The notes beneath the pieces are model-generated. The model made no database searches. It saw only the letters and a program-made list of their open reading frames with translations, and was not told the origin of the DNA. 64,000 nucleotides of DNA, taken from positions 4,891 through 68,890 of the forward strand of contig JAVVDS010000002.1 in assembly GCA_032251295.1 (NCBI GenBank), in the 5' to 3' direction. How positions within the stretch are numbered: position 1 is the first letter of the stretch; each line of letters begins with the position of its first letter. This document shows, one piece after another, positions 32,339-44,452 of the stretch. The position numbers were made by a program, and so were the translations under genes. This stretch comes from Desulfuromonadales bacterium. Lineage in GTDB: Bacteria > Desulfobacterota > Desulfuromonadia > Desulfuromonadales > BM103.

Positions 32339-32817
32339 CGCAGCACCAGGCGGCTCCCTTCCAGGGCGGCCGCTCCGAGATCGACAAATGGTGGTGCGAG
32401 CTGCGATTCCTTGAAGAACCGGTTCAACTCGCCCGGCAGGGGGCGCAGCGACAGGGCGAACAGGACGACGGCCAGCAGCAGCATCCCCTGAACCAGGCCG
32501 AACAGCCCGCCGAGCAGACGGTTGAAGCCGCCGAGGAACAGCAGTTTGACAAACCTGGAAAGCAGGTAGCCGAGGGCGAGAAACAGCACCATGGTGGCGA
32601 GAAACAAGAGTGCAAAGGTGATGCCGAGGGCCAGCGGCACCGGCAGGTCGGCCTGTCCCAGCAGGGCGTCGGCGAGGGGCCCGTGATAGCGAAACGCCAG
32701 GAAGGCGCCAAGGAACAGTCCGGTCAGGGAACAGGCCTCCTTGAGCAGACCGCGCAGCAGTCCCTTGAGCAGAAAGCCGAGCAGAATGACCAGGATGGCG
32801 ATATCGAAACCGTTCAT
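32335..32817 (-). CDS. cvpA: CvpA-family membrane protein
   Basis: 160 aa with four hydrophobic helices and a typical CvpA N terminus (FDIAILVILLGFLLKGLLRGLLKE). It has an ATGA overlap with mutS2. Confidence 0.85.
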   Translation of the reverse strand: MNGFDIAILVILLGFLLKGLLRGLLKEACSLTGLFLGAFLAFRYHGPLADALLGQADLPVPLALGITFALLFLATMVLFLALGYLLSRFVKLLFLGGFNRLLGGLFGLVQGMLLLAVVLFALSLRPLPGELNRFFKESQLAPPFVDLGAAALEGSRLVLR

Positions 32818-32830
32818 GACCGGTCTGCGC

Positions 32831-33274
32831 TCAGCCCCCCAGCCGGCTGCGCACCAGCTGGCTGACCAGCTTGCCGTCGGCCCGGCCGACGGTGCGCGGT
32901 GTCAGGATCTTCATGACCGCGCCCATGTCGCGCGGCGCGCCGGCTCCGGCCTCGGCAATCGCCGCATCGACCAGGCCGATCAGCTCGGTCTCATCAAGCT
33001 GTGCCGGCAGAAACTCCTGCAGCACCGCCAACTCCTGCTCTTCCTTGGCGGCCAGTTCCGGCCGGGTCGCCCGGTAGGCGTCGGCCGCTTCACGGCGCTG
33101 CTTGACCAGGGTCGACAGCACCTTGATGGTGACGGCATCGTCCAGTTCGCCTTTCGCCTCAATGGCGGCATTTTTCAGGGCGGTGCGCGCCATGCGGATA
33201 GCGCCGAGGCGCAGGCTGTCCTTGGCCTTCATCGCCGCTTTCATCGCCTCGTTCAGGCGTTCTTCAATGGTCAT
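32831..33274 (-). CDS. GatB/YqeY-domain protein
   Basis: 147 aa with the motifs LNEAMKAAMKAKD, KQRREAADAYR and LQEFLPAQLDETEL, and a C-terminal GKLVSQLV. Confidence 0.88.
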   Translation of the reverse strand: MTIEERLNEAMKAAMKAKDSLRLGAIRMARTALKNAAIEAKGELDDAVTIKVLSTLVKQRREAADAYRATRPELAAKEEQELAVLQEFLPAQLDETELIGLVDAAIAEAGAGAPRDMGAVMKILTPRTVGRADGKLVSQLVRSRLGG

Positions 33275-33277
33275 GTC

Positions 33278-33610
33278 TCATCTCTCCCGGGTTCTGGCCG
33301 CCTTCTCCTCCAGACCGGAGATGCCGAAGCGGCGTTCGAGTTCAGCAAAAATCGTGCGCGGCGGCAGCTCATAGTAGCCGAGCAGGACCAGACAGTGAAA
33401 CCAGAGATCGGCCATCTCACTGACCACCTCCGTGGTGTTTCCCCCCTTGCCGGCGACTGCGACTTCGGTTGCCTCCTCGCCGATCTTGCCGAGTACCTTG
33501 TCGAGCCCCTTGGCGTACAGGGAGGCGACATAGGAGGTTTCGGCCGGGCTCTGCTTGCGCTCAAGAACGATCCGGTAGATGGCGTCGAGGATGTGCTGTT
33601 GTTCCGTCAT
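33278..33610 (-). CDS. hisE: Phosphoribosyl-ATP pyrophosphatase, stand-alone HisE
   Basis: 110 aa with SYVASLYAKGLDKVLGKIGEEATEVAVA and EMADLWFHCLVLL. Confidence 0.9.
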   Translation of the reverse strand: MTEQQHILDAIYRIVLERKQSPAETSYVASLYAKGLDKVLGKIGEEATEVAVAGKGGNTTEVVSEMADLWFHCLVLLGYYELPPRTIFAELERRFGISGLEEKAARTRER

Positions 33611-33643
33611 GATCGCTCCTTGCCGGGGCGGGGAGTCGCGCCT

Positions 33644-34411
33644 CTACGGGCGGACCGGGACACCGTGCTCACGCAGGTACTGTTTGCATTCGCCGATGGT
33701 GTACTCCCGGAAGTGGAAGATGCTGGCCGCCAGGGCGGCACTGGCGCCCCCCTCGACCAGCCCCTGGCGGATATGTTCGAGACTGCCGACGCCGCCGGAG
33801 GCGATCACCGGAATGCCGACCCGGTCGCTGACCGCGCGGGTCAGGGGGATGTCGTAGCCATCCCTGGTGCCGTCGCAGTCCATGGAGGTCAGCAGGATCT
33901 CGCCGGCCCCGTAGCTTGCCATGCGCTCGGCCCAGTCGAGAACGTCGATGCCGGTCGGGTTGCGCCCGCCATGGGTGTAGACCTCCCAGGTCCGAGGGTC
34001 GCTCCCCGCCACCCGGCGCGCGTCGATGGCGACGACGATGCACTGGGAGCCGAAACGCTCGGCCGCTTCGCGGACAAACTCCGGACGGTGGACCGCCGCG
34101 GTATTGATCGACACCTTGTCGGCCCCGGCATTCAGCAGGTTACGGATATCGGTGATCGCGCGCACGCCGCCGCCGACAGTGAGCGGCATAAAGACCCGTT
34201 CGGCGGTGCGGGCAACCACGTCGAGGATGATGCTGCGCTTGTCACTCGAGGCCGTGATATCGAGAAACGTCAGTTCGTCGGCGCCCTGGGCATCGTAGGC
34301 TGCGGCCGCCTCGACCGGATCGCCGGCATCGCGCAGTTCGACGAACTGGACCCCCTTGACCACGCGGCCGTCCTTGACATCGAGACAGGGGATGATGCGT
34401 CTGGTCAGCAT
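33644..34411 (-). CDS. hisF: Imidazole glycerol phosphate synthase, cyclase subunit
   Basis: 255 aa beginning [23 protein letters not shown], with [11 protein letters not shown] and VIASGGVG. The start is the ATG at 34411; the ORF-track version runs on in frame through hisA. Confidence 0.96.
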   Translation of the reverse strand: MLTRRIIPCLDVKDGRVVKGVQFVELRDAGDPVEAAAAYDAQGADELTFLDITASSDKRSIILDVVARTAERVFMPLTVGGGVRAITDIRNLLNAGADKVSINTAAVHRPEFVREAAERFGSQCIVVAIDARRVAGSDPRTWEVYTHGGRNPTGIDVLDWAERMASYGAGEILLTSMDCDGTRDGYDIPLTRAVSDRVGIPVIASGGVGSLEHIRQGLVEGGASAALAASIFHFREYTIGECKQYLREHGVPVRP

Positions 34412-34413
34412 GC

Positions 34414-35145
34414 TCAGCCGGCCTGCCGGGTCAGCGCCACCGCCGCACGCAGGTCGAGGGCACCGGAATAGATCGCCTTGCCGGTAATCACCCCGGCGAT
34501 GCCGGCATCGGCGACGGCGAGCAGGCTGCGGATGTCGTCGAGACTGGAGACACCGCCGGAAGCAATCACCGGGATGCGGATCGCCTCGGCCAGAGCCCTG
34601 GTCGCTTCGATGTTCGGCCCCTGCAGCATGCCGTCGCGGGCGATGTCGGTGTAGATGATTGCGGCAACGCCGCAGTCCTCCATCTCCCGGGCCAGGTCGA
34701 TCGCCCGCTTCTCGGTCACTTCGGCCCAGCCGCGCACCGCTACCAGACCGTTTTTCGCATCGATGCCGACCACGATCTGTCCCGGGAACTTCTGGCAGGC
34801 CTCGGCCACCAGCGCCGGCTGCTCCTTGGCGACGGTACCGAGGATCACCCGGTCGATGCCGAGAGCCAGGTAGGCTTCGATGGTCGCCAGATCGCGGATG
34901 CCGCCGCCGAGCTCCGTCGGAATGTCGACCGCGGCGACAATCGCCTCGATGGCCGCCCGGTTTTTCGGCACGCCGGCGAACGCACCGTCGAGATCGACCA
35001 GGTGCAGCAGTTCGCCGCCCTGCTCCTGCCAGTGGCGGGCCATGGCCGCCGGGTCGTCGGAGTAGACGGTGTCTTTCTCCATCAGTCCCTGTTCCAGGCG
35101 GACACACTTGCCTTCTTTCAGATCGATTGCGGGGATGACAATCAT
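34414..35145 (-). CDS. hisA: 1-(5-phosphoribosyl)-5-[(5-phosphoribosylamino)methylideneamino]imidazole-4-carboxamide isomerase
   Basis: 243 aa with [26 protein letters not shown] and [13 protein letters not shown]. Confidence 0.95.
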   Translation of the reverse strand: MIVIPAIDLKEGKCVRLEQGLMEKDTVYSDDPAAMARHWQEQGGELLHLVDLDGAFAGVPKNRAAIEAIVAAVDIPTELGGGIRDLATIEAYLALGIDRVILGTVAKEQPALVAEACQKFPGQIVVGIDAKNGLVAVRGWAEVTEKRAIDLAREMEDCGVAAIIYTDIARDGMLQGPNIEATRALAEAIRIPVIASGGVSSLDDIRSLLAVADAGIAGVITGKAIYSGALDLRAAVALTRQAG

Positions 35146-35168
35146 TGCAGCTCCTCTATCTTGCGCAG

Positions 35169-35792
35169 TTACAGCGTGCTGAAATTCTCAAAAATCTGCA
35201 GACCGATGGCCTGGCTTTTTTCCGGGTGGAACTGGGTCGCCAGGATGTTGCCGCGCCAGACCGAGGCACAGAAGTCGACGTCGCCATAGCGGCAGCTGGC
35301 GGCGATATCGTCTTCGTTGTCGGTCTGACAGAAGTAGGAATGCACGAAGTAGACGTAGCTGCCGTCGGCGATCCCGGCGAGCAGCGGCGAGGCGCGCCGG
35401 ATATGCAGGCTGTTCCAGCCCATATGCGGCACCTTGAGTTTCTCGCCGTTGTCGACCATGTCGGCCGGAAAGCGGGTCACCCGCCCGGGGATCAGACCGA
35501 GGCCCTGGTGGTGACCGAACTCCTCGCTCGCATCGAACAGCATCTGCATGCCGACGCAGATGCCGAGCAGCGGCCTGCCGGCGGCGACGTGCTCCTGCAG
35601 TGGTTCGACGAAGCCGCCGTCGTGCAGATTGCGGATGCAGTCGCGGAAGGCGCCGACCCCGGGGAGAACGATCTTGTCGGTCCCGCGCAGATCCGCCGGC
35701 TCGCGACTGACCCGCACAGCGCAGCCGAGGGATTCGAACGCCTTGGTGACACTGCGCAGGTTGCCCATTTCGTAATCGACAATCGTAATCAT
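35169..35792 (-). CDS. hisH: Imidazole glycerol phosphate synthase, glutaminase subunit
   Basis: 207 aa with [15 protein letters not shown], the catalytic Cys in [12 protein letters not shown], and the HSY/FHPEKS motifs. Confidence 0.95.
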   Translation of the reverse strand: MITIVDYEMGNLRSVTKAFESLGCAVRVSREPADLRGTDKIVLPGVGAFRDCIRNLHDGGFVEPLQEHVAAGRPLLGICVGMQMLFDASEEFGHHQGLGLIPGRVTRFPADMVDNGEKLKVPHMGWNSLHIRRASPLLAGIADGSYVYFVHSYFCQTDNEDDIAASCRYGDVDFCASVWRGNILATQFHPEKSQAIGLQIFENFSTL

Positions 35793-35822
35793 GCCGCCTC
35801 GCTCACCCCCGACCTTAACCGC

Positions 35823-36413
35823 CTACTCAAGCTTGCCCTTACTGGAGAGCACCCCCTCGATGCGCGGATCGAACCGGGTCGCTTCGTCAAGGGCCCGGGC
35901 AAACGCCTTGAACACCGCCTCGACGATATGGTGCAGGTTGTCGCCGTAGGCGAGATTGACATGCAGGTTGGCGCCGGCGTGGTTGCAGAAGGCGGTGAAG
36001 AACTCCTCGACCAGTTCCAGTTCGAAGTTGCCGACCTGCGCTTTCGGCAGCGGCACGTTGTAGACCAGAAACGGCCGGCCGGAGAAATCGAGGATCACCG
36101 AGGCCAGCGCCTCGTGCATCGGCATGCTGCCGCGACCGTAGCGACAGATGCCGCCCTTGTCGCCGAGGGCCTGGCGGAACGCTTCGCCGAGGCAGATGCC
36201 GACGTCCTCGACGGTGTGGTGGGCATCGATCTCCAGATCGCCGCTGGCGTGCAGGTCGAGATCGAAGAAGCCGTGCCGGGCGACCTGGGTCAGCATATGG
36301 TCGAAGAACGGGACGCCGGTCTCGATCCGGTTGCGGCCGCCGCCGTCGAGGTCGAGGGTCAGGTCGATGCTGGTCTCTTTGGTGGTCCGCGTGATGGTCG
36401 CTGTGCGTGCCAT
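35823..36413 (-). CDS. hisB: Imidazoleglycerol-phosphate dehydratase
   Basis: 196 aa with [32 protein letters not shown] and [15 protein letters not shown]. Confidence 0.95.
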   Translation of the reverse strand: MARTATITRTTKETSIDLTLDLDGGGRNRIETGVPFFDHMLTQVARHGFFDLDLHASGDLEIDAHHTVEDVGICLGEAFRQALGDKGGICRYGRGSMPMHEALASVILDFSGRPFLVYNVPLPKAQVGNFELELVEEFFTAFCNHAGANLHVNLAYGDNLHHIVEAVFKAFARALDEATRFDPRIEGVLSSKGKLE

Positions 36414-36477
36414 GGAGCCTCCGAGTTCGGTGTGCCGGATGGGGATCTTGGTGCCGGGTGCCGCGCGGCAGTCGCCG

Positions 36478-37773
36478 CTATGCGTCGTTCAGCCGGACGG
36501 TGACCGACCGGGCGTGGGCTTCCAGCCCTTCCAGTTCGGCGATCGCGGCCACCGCCGGACCGAGCCGGCGCAGGCCGGCCGTCGAGAGGCTGACCAGGCT
36601 CGATTTCTTGACGAAATCATCGAGGCCAAGGGGTGAAAAGAAGCGCGCGGTGCCGCCGGTCGGCAGGGTATGGTTCGGCCCGGCCAGGTAATCGCCGGCC
36701 GCCTCCGGGGTGTGGTGGCCGAGAAAGATCGCCCCGGCATGGCGGATCTTCGGTAACAGGCCGAAAGGATCGGCGACCGCCAGTTCGAGATGCTCCGGTG
36801 CGATCCGGTTGCTGAAGGCGGCCGCTTCGTCGAGGTCGGTGGCGAGAATGACCGCGCCGTAAGCGTCGATCGCCTGGCGGGCGATCGATTCCCGCGACAG
36901 CAAGGCGAGCTGCGTCTCGACCTCCGCGGCGACCCGGCGACCAAACGTTTCGTCGGTGGTAATCAGGATCGCCGAGGCGAGTTCGTCGTGTTCGGCCTGG
37001 GAGAGGAGGTCGGCGGCGATGTGAGCCGGTTCGCCGCTGCCGTCGCTGATCACCAGAATCTCGCTCGGCCCGGCGATCATGTCGATATCGACCTGACCGA
37101 ACACCAGTTTTTTCGCCGTGGCGACGTAGATGTTGCCGGGGCCGGTGATCTTGTCGACCCGGGGGATGCTGGCCGTGCCGTAGGCCAGCGCCGCCACCGC
37201 CTGGGCGCCGCCGACCTTGAAGATCCGGTCGACGCCGGCGATTGCTGCCGCCGCGAGCACATGCCGGTTGAGGTTGCCGCCGGGGGCCGGTACCGTCATG
37301 ATCACCTCGCCGACGCCGGCCACTTTCGCCGGCACGGCGTTCATCAGCACCGACGACGGGTAGGCCGCCTTGCCGCCGGGGACGTAGATGCCGACGCGGT
37401 CGAGGGGCGTGACCATCTGGCCGACCAGCACGTCCGGTTCGTCGGTGCAGAGCCAGGTCTCCTGCTTCTGCCGGCGATGGTAGTTGCCGATCCGCTGCGC
37501 CGCCAGACGCAGCTGCGCCAGGGTGGTGGCATCGACCTCGGCGAGGGCGGCAGCGATCTCCGCCGCACTTACTTCACAGCTGGCGGCGGTCAGTTCAACC
37601 CGATCAAAGCGGGCGGTATACTCGAACAGTGCCGCGTCGCCGCGCTGACGGACATCGTCAAGAATCGCCCGCACCGCCGGTTCGACATCGGCGGCGGTCG
37701 CCTCGCCGCGGCCGGCGATGGCGGCGAAGTCCCGGTCGAAATCGGCATCGGTCAGACGCAGAAAACGGATCAT
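36478..37773 (-). CDS. hisD: Histidinol dehydrogenase
   Basis: 431 aa with [32 protein letters not shown] and [13 protein letters not shown]. The start is set at the ATG at 37773 (MIRFLRL). Confidence 0.95.
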   Translation of the reverse strand: MIRFLRLTDADFDRDFAAIAGRGEATAADVEPAVRAILDDVRQRGDAALFEYTARFDRVELTAASCEVSAAEIAAALAEVDATTLAQLRLAAQRIGNYHRRQKQETWLCTDEPDVLVGQMVTPLDRVGIYVPGGKAAYPSSVLMNAVPAKVAGVGEVIMTVPAPGGNLNRHVLAAAAIAGVDRIFKVGGAQAVAALAYGTASIPRVDKITGPGNIYVATAKKLVFGQVDIDMIAGPSEILVISDGSGEPAHIAADLLSQAEHDELASAILITTDETFGRRVAAEVETQLALLSRESIARQAIDAYGAVILATDLDEAAAFSNRIAPEHLELAVADPFGLLPKIRHAGAIFLGHHTPEAAGDYLAGPNHTLPTGGTARFFSPLGLDDFVKKSSLVSLSTAGLRRLGPAVAAIAELEGLEAHARSVTVRLNDA

Positions 37774-37799
37774 GGCGGCTCCTTGTGGCGACCGGCGGT

Positions 37800-38462
37800 T
37801 CAGCCGGAAATGCGCGGTTGCTTGTCGATTACCGCTTCCAGCCCTTCGATCAACGGCAGGATGCGGCGATGCTTGGTCTTGAGGCTGGCCCGGTTGACGA
37901 TCAATCGGCTGGTAATCTCGGCGATGGTCTCGACCTCGACCAGACCGTTCTCGCGCAGGGTGCCGCCGGTGGAGACCAGGTCGACGATGCGCTCGGCGAG
38001 GCCGACCAGGGGAGCCAGCTCGATCGACCCGTACAGCTTGATGACCTCGACCTGCACCCCGCGGGCGGCGAAGTGCCGTTCGGTGATGTTCGGGTATTTG
38101 CTGGCGATGCGGATGTTCGACCAGCCGGCCGGATCGTCGTCCTGCACCAGTTCCTTCGGTTCGGCGACCACCAGCCGGCAGTAGCCGAAACGCAGATCGA
38201 GGGGTTCGTAGAGATCCTTGTCCTGTTCGAGCAGGGTATCCTTGCCGACCACGCCGATATCGGCGCAGCCGTGCTCGACGTAGGTCGGCACGTCCTGGGC
38301 GCGCACCGCCATGAAGCGGTAGCCGTCGGCGCGGTTCTCGAAGACCAGTTTGCGGCCGGGGTCGTCCATCTCGGCGCAGGTGATGCCGATTTTGGCGAAC
38401 AGCTCCATGGAATCCTGCAGGATCCGCCCCTTGGGCAAGGCAAAGGTCAGGGTATCGTTCAT
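37800..38462 (-). CDS. hisG: ATP phosphoribosyltransferase, short (HisZ-dependent-type) form
   Basis: 220 aa with LTFALPKGRILQDS, RAQDVPTYVEHGCADIGVVGKD and DLVSTGGTLRENGL. Its length matches HisG-S, which lacks the C-terminal regulatory domain. The start is set at the ATG at 38462. Confidence 0.92.
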   Translation of the reverse strand: MNDTLTFALPKGRILQDSMELFAKIGITCAEMDDPGRKLVFENRADGYRFMAVRAQDVPTYVEHGCADIGVVGKDTLLEQDKDLYEPLDLRFGYCRLVVAEPKELVQDDDPAGWSNIRIASKYPNITERHFAARGVQVEVIKLYGSIELAPLVGLAERIVDLVSTGGTLRENGLVEVETIAEITSRLIVNRASLKTKHRRILPLIEGLEAVIDKQPRISG

Positions 38463-38490
38463 GGGCAACTCCAGGAGCGGCCGCCCGCAC

Positions 38491-39744
38491 TCAGGCGGGG
38501 AGCCGTTCGATATCGGCACCGAGCCGGGTCAACTTCTCTTCAAGACGTTCGTAGCCGCGATCGAGATGATAGATGCGCGACAGTTCCGTGGTGTTGTTCG
38601 CCGCCAGGCCGGCCAGCACCAGACAGGCACTGGCGCGCAGGTCGGTCGCCATGACCGGCGCGCCGAGCAGTCGGGGGATGCCTCTGACCGTGGCGGTATG
38701 GCCGTCGACGGTGATGTCGGCCCCGAGGCGCTGCAGTTCGCAGACATGCATGAAACGGTTCTCGAAGACCGTCTCGCTGATCACGCTGCTGCCGTTGGCC
38801 AGGGTCATCAGCGCCATGAACTGGGCCTGCATGTCGGTCGGAAAGCCGGGATGCGGCTGGGTGCGGATCGACACCGGTCGGATCTCGTCGCTGCCGGTGA
38901 CGGTGACCGCGTCCGCTTCGACCTGCAGCTGCGCCCCGCTCTCCTCCAGCTTGCTCAGCAGCACTTCCATCTGCTCCGCGCGGGCTCCGGCGACCCGGAC
39001 GCTGCCGCCGGTGATCGCCCCGGCCAGCAGCAGAGTGCCGGCCTCGATCCGGTCGGGCATCACCGCATGCTGCATGCCGCTCAAATCATCGACCCCTTCG
39101 ATGACGATGGTGTCGCTGCCGGCCCCCTCGATCCGGGCCCCCATGCCTTGCAGGGCCCGGGCGAGATCGACGATCTCCGGCTCGCGGGCGGCATTTTCCA
39201 GCACCGTGGTCCCTTTGGCGAGGGTCGCTGCCATCATCAGGTTCTCGGTGCCGCCGACCGTCGGCAGATCGAAGCAGATGCGCGCGCCGTGCAGGCGCCG
39301 GGAGCGGGCATCGACATAGCCGTGGTCGAGGCGGATGTCGGCGCCCATCGCCTCCAGCCCCTTGAGGTGCAGATTGATCGGGCGTGCGCCGATGGCACAG
39401 CCGCCCGGAAGGCTGACCCGCGCCCGGCCATAACGGGCGAGCAGCGGGCCGAGGACCAGCACTGAGGCGCGCATGGTTCGCACCAGATCGTAGGGCGCCT
39501 CGAAACTGGCCGGTCTCCGGCTGACCAGCACCGTCTCGCCGTTGCGGGCGGTCACCTCGACGCCGAGTCCGGCCAGCAGGCGTTCCGCGGTGATGATGTC
39601 GCGCAGCCGCGGCAGATTGCCGAGACGGTGTGGTCCGGTGGCGAGCAGGGTGGCGAACAGCAGTGGCAGGGCGGCGTTTTTCGCCCCGCTCACCGTCACC
39701 TCGCCCTGCAGGCGCCGTCCGCCATGTATCACCAGTTTATCCAT
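38491..39744 (-). CDS. murA: UDP-N-acetylglucosamine 1-carboxyvinyltransferase
   Basis: 417 aa with [27 protein letters not shown] and the active-site region [18 protein letters not shown]. The start is set at the ATG at 39744. Confidence 0.96.
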   Translation of the reverse strand: MDKLVIHGGRRLQGEVTVSGAKNAALPLLFATLLATGPHRLGNLPRLRDIITAERLLAGLGVEVTARNGETVLVSRRPASFEAPYDLVRTMRASVLVLGPLLARYGRARVSLPGGCAIGARPINLHLKGLEAMGADIRLDHGYVDARSRRLHGARICFDLPTVGGTENLMMAATLAKGTTVLENAAREPEIVDLARALQGMGARIEGAGSDTIVIEGVDDLSGMQHAVMPDRIEAGTLLLAGAITGGSVRVAGARAEQMEVLLSKLEESGAQLQVEADAVTVTGSDEIRPVSIRTQPHPGFPTDMQAQFMALMTLANGSSVISETVFENRFMHVCELQRLGADITVDGHTATVRGIPRLLGAPVMATDLRASACLVLAGLAANNTTELSRIYHLDRGYERLEEKLTRLGADIERLPA

Positions 39745-40597
39745 CCGTGCATCCTTGGCAACCTTTGACCACCCGCGCGATTCCGGCGTAATCGTCACGC
39801 ACGCCGACCCGGTCGAGACCGGCGGCAGCAAACAGCTCCGCCACGGCAGCGGCCTGCCCCTGACCGACTTCAACCAGCAGCCAGCCGCCCGGAGCGAGCA
39901 GCTGCGGCGCCTGCCCGGCGAGCAGGCGATAGGCGGTCAGTCCGTCGGCGCCGCCATCGAGGGCGAGGCGCGGTTCGTGGTCGCGCACATCCGGCATCAG
40001 GGTCTGCCAGTCCCCCGTCGGAATGTAGGGGGGATTGCTGACCAGCAGATCGAACGGTCCGGCCGGCAGTGCCGCTAGATCGGCGACGGCGAACGTGATC
40101 TGCCCCGCCAGGCCGAGATTGTCGGCATTGCCGCGGGCGATGGCGAGGGCGGCCGGGCTGAGGTCGATGGCCGTGACCCGCCAGTCCGGGCGCTCATGTG
40201 CCACGGCGAGAGCGATGGCGCCGCTGCCGGTGCCGATGTCGAGCAGCCGCATGTGCGGCCTGCTGGTGACCGCCAGGATCTCCTCGACCAGAACTTCGGT
40301 GTCGGCGCGCGGGATCAGCACGTCGGGACCGACCTTGAGGTCGAGGGACCAGAACTCGGTCCGGCCGAGAATGTAGGCGACCGGCTCCTGGCGGATGCGG
40401 CGGCGCACGGCGGCGCGATACCGGTCGAGTTCGCTTTCCTGCAGCGGCCGGTCATAGTTCAGGTAGAGACCGACCCGGTCGAGATCGAGGGCGGCGGCGA
40501 GCAGCAGTTCGGCATCGAGACGCGGACTGTCGATGCCGCTGCGGCCAAAGTAGTCGGCCGTCCACTTCAGTATGCGCAGAACGGTCCAGCGCTCCAC
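39737..40597 (-). CDS. prmC: Release factor glutamine N5-methyltransferase
   Basis: 286 aa with the SAM motif [13 protein letters not shown] and the catalytic NPPY ([10 protein letters not shown]). It has a GTG start and lies downstream of prfA as usual. Confidence 0.92.
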   Translation of the reverse strand: MERWTVLRILKWTADYFGRSGIDSPRLDAELLLAAALDLDRVGLYLNYDRPLQESELDRYRAAVRRRIRQEPVAYILGRTEFWSLDLKVGPDVLIPRADTEVLVEEILAVTSRPHMRLLDIGTGSGAIALAVAHERPDWRVTAIDLSPAALAIARGNADNLGLAGQITFAVADLAALPAGPFDLLVSNPPYIPTGDWQTLMPDVRDHEPRLALDGGADGLTAYRLLAGQAPQLLAPGGWLLVEVGQGQAAAVAELFAAAGLDRVGVRDDYAGIARVVKGCQGCTDG

Positions 40598-40604
40598 CGG
40601 CGGG

Positions 40605-41678
40605 TCAGGGCTCCTGCCCGCTCATCAGGTCCGCCTGGTGCCGGGTCAGCAGGGCGTCGATGATTTCATCGAGGTCTCCCTGCATGATCGCTTCGAGCTT
40701 GTAGAGCGTCAGGCCGATGCGATGCTCGGTACAGCGTCCCTGGGGAAAATTGTAGGTGCGGATCCGTTCGGAACGGTCGCCGCTGCCAACCTGACTCTTG
40801 CGGTCGGCAGCCATCTTCGCTTGCTGTTCGGCCTGCATGCTCTCCAGCAGCCGGGCCTGCAGCACCTTCAGAGCCTTGGCCTTGTTCTTGTGCTGCGACT
40901 TTTCATCCTGGCAGGCGACCACCACCCCGGTCGGCAGGTGGGTGATGCGGACCGCCGACTCGGTCTTGTTGACATGCTGGCCGCCGGCGCCAGAGGCACG
41001 AAACAGGTCGATGCGCAGATCGCCGGGATCGATGTCGACCTCGACATCCTCAGCCTCGGGGAGGACTGCTACGGTACAGGCCGAGGTGTGGATCCGTCCC
41101 TGTGTCTCGGTCTCCGGGACGCGCTGCACCCGGTGGGTGCCGCTTTCGAAGCGGAGTCGGCCGAAGGCGCCGGCTCCGGTGATCAGCGCGATCACCTCCT
41201 TGAAGCCGCCCGCCTCGGATTCGGCGCAGCTGAGCAGTTCGACCTTCCAGCGCTGCCGTTCGGCATAGCGGCTGTACATGCGGAACAGGTCGCCGGCAAA
41301 CAGGGCCGCTTCGTCGCCGCCGGTGCCGGCACGGACTTCGAGGATCACGTTGCGGTCGGCATTGGGGTCTTTCGGCAGCAGCAGCTGTTTCAGCTCGGCG
41401 GTCAGTGCCGTCTGCTGCGCCTCCAGTTGCTCGATCTCGGCCCGGGCCATCTCGCGCACCTCGGCATCCGGGTCGCGCAGCAGCTCCCGGCTCGCCTCGA
41501 GCTCGTCGACAACCCTGACATAGCGCTGATAGGCGTTGACCACCGCCGCCAGTTCGGCATGCTCCCTGGTCAGGCCGCGATAACGCGCCTGATCGCTGAT
41601 GACGCGGGGATCGGCCAGCAGCCCCTCGACCTCACGGAAGCGGTCAACGATCTCTTCCAGCTTGGCGATCATCGACAT
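40605..41678 (-). CDS. prfA: Peptide chain release factor 1
   Basis: 357 aa with the RF1-type tripeptide-anticodon region (a PET variant of PxT, in [13 protein letters not shown]) and the GGQ motif ([20 protein letters not shown]). Confidence 0.96.
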   Translation of the reverse strand: MSMIAKLEEIVDRFREVEGLLADPRVISDQARYRGLTREHAELAAVVNAYQRYVRVVDELEASRELLRDPDAEVREMARAEIEQLEAQQTALTAELKQLLLPKDPNADRNVILEVRAGTGGDEAALFAGDLFRMYSRYAERQRWKVELLSCAESEAGGFKEVIALITGAGAFGRLRFESGTHRVQRVPETETQGRIHTSACTVAVLPEAEDVEVDIDPGDLRIDLFRASGAGGQHVNKTESAVRITHLPTGVVVACQDEKSQHKNKAKALKVLQARLLESMQAEQQAKMAADRKSQVGSGDRSERIRTYNFPQGRCTEHRIGLTLYKLEAIMQGDLDEIIDALLTRHQADLMSGQEP

Positions 41679-42385
41679 GGCGGCTCCGCTGTGCCCGCGG
41701 TCAGGGTTGCATACTCGCGGCGAACCTCGGCTGCCGCGCCGCAGGTCATGGTCCCTTCAGGGCAGGCGCCGCGCACGCAGCCCGGCCCGGCCTTGGCGAA
41801 CAGCAGCGGTGCAGCCCGACTGGCCAGACGCAGCATCTGCTCGGCCATGGCGCGGATCTCCCACTGGGCGCGCCGGCAGCAGCGCAGGGTGAAAAAGTGG
41901 TGCAGCTCGCGGGCATTCATCGTCATAACCAGTTGGGTTGCAGCGGCGTTCGGCAGGACAAAGCGGGCATCCTCGGCGGGAATGTCCGCGGCGAGCAGCT
42001 CACCGTAAAGCCGGTGGGTGGCGTCGAGATGGGCATGAAACCGGGCCGCCAGCTCGGGATGCGCGGCGAGACTCGGCGGGGTCACGGCGGCGAAGGCGCT
42101 CTCGTGGGAGACGTAGCGCTGACTCTGCTGGGAAAACGAGGCGATCCGGTGACGCACCAGCTGGTGCGAGCAGGCGCGGCTGATCCCTTCGATGCCGAAG
42201 GTGAAGGCGGCGTGCTCGAGAACCGAGAAATGGCCGATAGCGACGATCTTGCCGAGCAGCCGGGCAATCTGTGCCGGCTGCTGGCCGAGGAGCTCGTCGA
42301 TGCCGGCATCGGAGTAGCAGAGCCGGGCGGCGGCAGCGACGACCTGTTCCGGTTCGGGGGTATGTGTCAGGAGTTGAACGCGCAT
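41669..42385 (-). CDS. thyX: FAD-dependent thymidylate synthase
   Basis: 238 aa with the ThyX signature [14 protein letters not shown], plus [12 protein letters not shown]. Confidence 0.93.
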   Translation of the reverse strand: MRVQLLTHTPEPEQVVAAAARLCYSDAGIDELLGQQPAQIARLLGKIVAIGHFSVLEHAAFTFGIEGISRACSHQLVRHRIASFSQQSQRYVSHESAFAAVTPPSLAAHPELAARFHAHLDATHRLYGELLAADIPAEDARFVLPNAAATQLVMTMNARELHHFFTLRCCRRAQWEIRAMAEQMLRLASRAAPLLFAKAGPGCVRGACPEGTMTCGAAAEVRREYATLTAGTAEPPCR

Positions 42386-42493
42386 GCCCTTGCCGCAAGG
42401 GGGCAGCAGCCGACGGCCGGTGGGCCGTTTTCCTGTTGCCCCTGAGCTACAGAATGTGTGTGGGTGCGGAGTGGTGATGTCCGTGCGGCGGCA

Positions 42494-42527
42494 GTGAAAA
42501 GCAGTGACGGCCCGCTGGGGCCGTCAC
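42494..42527 (-). terminator. Intrinsic terminator after rpmE
   Basis: On the minus strand GTGACGGCCC-cagc-GGGCCGTCAC forms a 10-bp stem followed by TGCTTTTC, starting 14 nt after the rpmE stop. Confidence 0.55.
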
Positions 42528-42541
42528 AACATTCCCTGGAG

Positions 42542-42748
<207 letters not shown>

Positions 42749-42881
42749 GGTCTGGCTCCTCGATGGTCAAAAAGTCGCCTGGCGGGTACAGGCCGGAACT
42801 CTCGCCGCCGATTATCGGGCAAGAGGCACGTAATTAGCACTTTTCCGTGACGATTGCAAGGCGTGACCGCCGTTTTTTTCA

Positions 42882-44129
42882 CTACTGGTTCATGCTGTTG
42901 AAGAATTCCTCGTTGCTCTTGGTCTCGCCGAGTTTGTCGAGGAGGAACTCCATGCTGTCGACCACGTTCATGGAGGAGAGCACCTTGCGCAGCAGCCAGA
43001 TCCGCTGCAGGGTGCTCTGACCGATGAGCAGCTCCTCACGGCGGGTGCCGGACTTGTTGATGTCGATGGCCGGGAAGGTCCGCTTGTCGACCAGGCGCCG
43101 ATCGAGGATCAGTTCCATGTTACCGGTCCCTTTAAACTCCTCGAAGATCACCTCGTCCATCTTGCTGCCGGTGTCGATCAGGGCGGTGGCGATGATGGTC
43201 AGACTGCCGCCTTCTTCGATATTGCGCGCCGCGCCGAAGAAACGCTTCGGTTTGTGCAGGGCGTTGGAGTCGACGCCGCCGGAGAGGATCTTGCCGGAGG
43301 GGGGCACCACGGTGTTATAGGCCCGGGCCAGGCGGGTGATCGAGTCGAGCAGAATGACGACGTCGCGCTTGTGTTCGACCAGCCGTTTCGCCTTCTCGAT
43401 GACCATTTCGGCGACCTGGACGTGGCGGGTGGCCGGTTCGTCGAAGGTCGAGGAGATCACCTCGCCCTTGACGGTCCGCTGCATGTCGGTCACTTCTTCG
43501 GGGCGTTCGTCGATCAGCAGGACGATCAGGTAGACTTCCGGGTGGTTGGTGGTGATCGAATTGGCGACCTGCTGCAGCAGAATGGTTTTGCCGGTGCGCG
43601 GCGGAGCGACGATCAGGGCGCGCTGCCCCTTGCCGATCGGCGCGGCCAGGTCGATCACCCGCGCCGACATGTTGTCCGGCGTGGTCTCCAGTCGCAGGCG
43701 CTCTTCCGGGTAGAGCGGTGTCAGGTTGTCGAACAGGGTCTTCTCCCGGGCGACCGCCGGATTCTCGAAATTGACTTCGGCCACCTTGAGCAGGGCGAAA
43801 TAGCGCTCCCCCTCCTTGGGCGGCCGGATCTGGCCGGAGACGGTATCGCCGGTCCGCAGGTTGAAACGGCGGATCTGCGACGGCGAGACATAGATGTCGT
43901 CCGGGCCGGGCAGGTAGTTGGCATCGGGGGCCCGCAAGAAGCCGAAACCGTCCGGAAGGATTTCCAGCACGCCTTCGCCGAAGATGGCGCCGTTTTTTGC
44001 CGAGGTGGCATTGAGGACCGCGAAGATCAGATCCTGCTTGCGCATGCCGGCGGCACCCTCGACCCCCAGCTCTTTGGCGATGGCGGCGAGGTCGGTGATC
44101 TTCTTCTCTTTCAGTTCCTTCAGGTTCAT
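42882..44129 (-). CDS. rho: Transcription termination factor Rho
   Basis: 415 aa with an N-terminal RNA-binding domain ([26 protein letters not shown]) and Walker A (APPRTGKT). The start is set at the ATG at 44129. A ~320-nt leader lies upstream. Confidence 0.97.
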   Translation of the reverse strand: MNLKELKEKKITDLAAIAKELGVEGAAGMRKQDLIFAVLNATSAKNGAIFGEGVLEILPDGFGFLRAPDANYLPGPDDIYVSPSQIRRFNLRTGDTVSGQIRPPKEGERYFALLKVAEVNFENPAVAREKTLFDNLTPLYPEERLRLETTPDNMSARVIDLAAPIGKGQRALIVAPPRTGKTILLQQVANSITTNHPEVYLIVLLIDERPEEVTDMQRTVKGEVISSTFDEPATRHVQVAEMVIEKAKRLVEHKRDVVILLDSITRLARAYNTVVPPSGKILSGGVDSNALHKPKRFFGAARNIEEGGSLTIIATALIDTGSKMDEVIFEEFKGTGNMELILDRRLVDKRTFPAIDINKSGTRREELLIGQSTLQRIWLLRKVLSSMNVVDSMEFLLDKLGETKSNEEFFNSMNQ

Positions 44130-44452
44130 TCGGTCTCCTTGGAGAGAGTCATGGCCGAACGGTTGTCGTCCGGCACCGGGCATCACAGCCCGCTGCGACG
44201 CACGCCCGAAGACTCTCGCCAGGAAAGGAGGCACGAGGGGGCTGACCGGCAAAGCGCCGGACGTTGCGTCTGGTTGTCAGGGTCAGATTGGGTCGTCGTG
44301 TCGTGTTTGAGAATCGTTGCTCGAGTCGGGCTAGTCCACGTTGTGGCCGGGGTATCTTATACTGAAAGGAATGATGTCCTGGTCCGGATTGTTCGAGGCA
44401 GGTGCATTTTGTTGATCGATGTACGTCTATTTAACGGCTTTTGCCGCGGTTG

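Noticed and set aside
36478-38490. A 670-aa ORF that looks like a fused large protein spanning hisD and the region upstream of it. The 487-aa ORF 33644..35107 spanning hisF and hisA is a similar case.
   Set aside because: The N-terminal parts are out-of-frame read-through across hisG or hisA with Arg/Pro-rich nonsense sequence. Homology starts at internal ATGs (37773 and 34411) that sit just after the upstream gene's stop.
44130-44452. The long (~320 nt) untranslated region upstream of rho, considered as a possible novel ncRNA or riboswitch.
   Set aside because: Long leaders are expected for rho, which autoregulates by attenuation in its own leader. I could not identify any conserved riboswitch core by eye.
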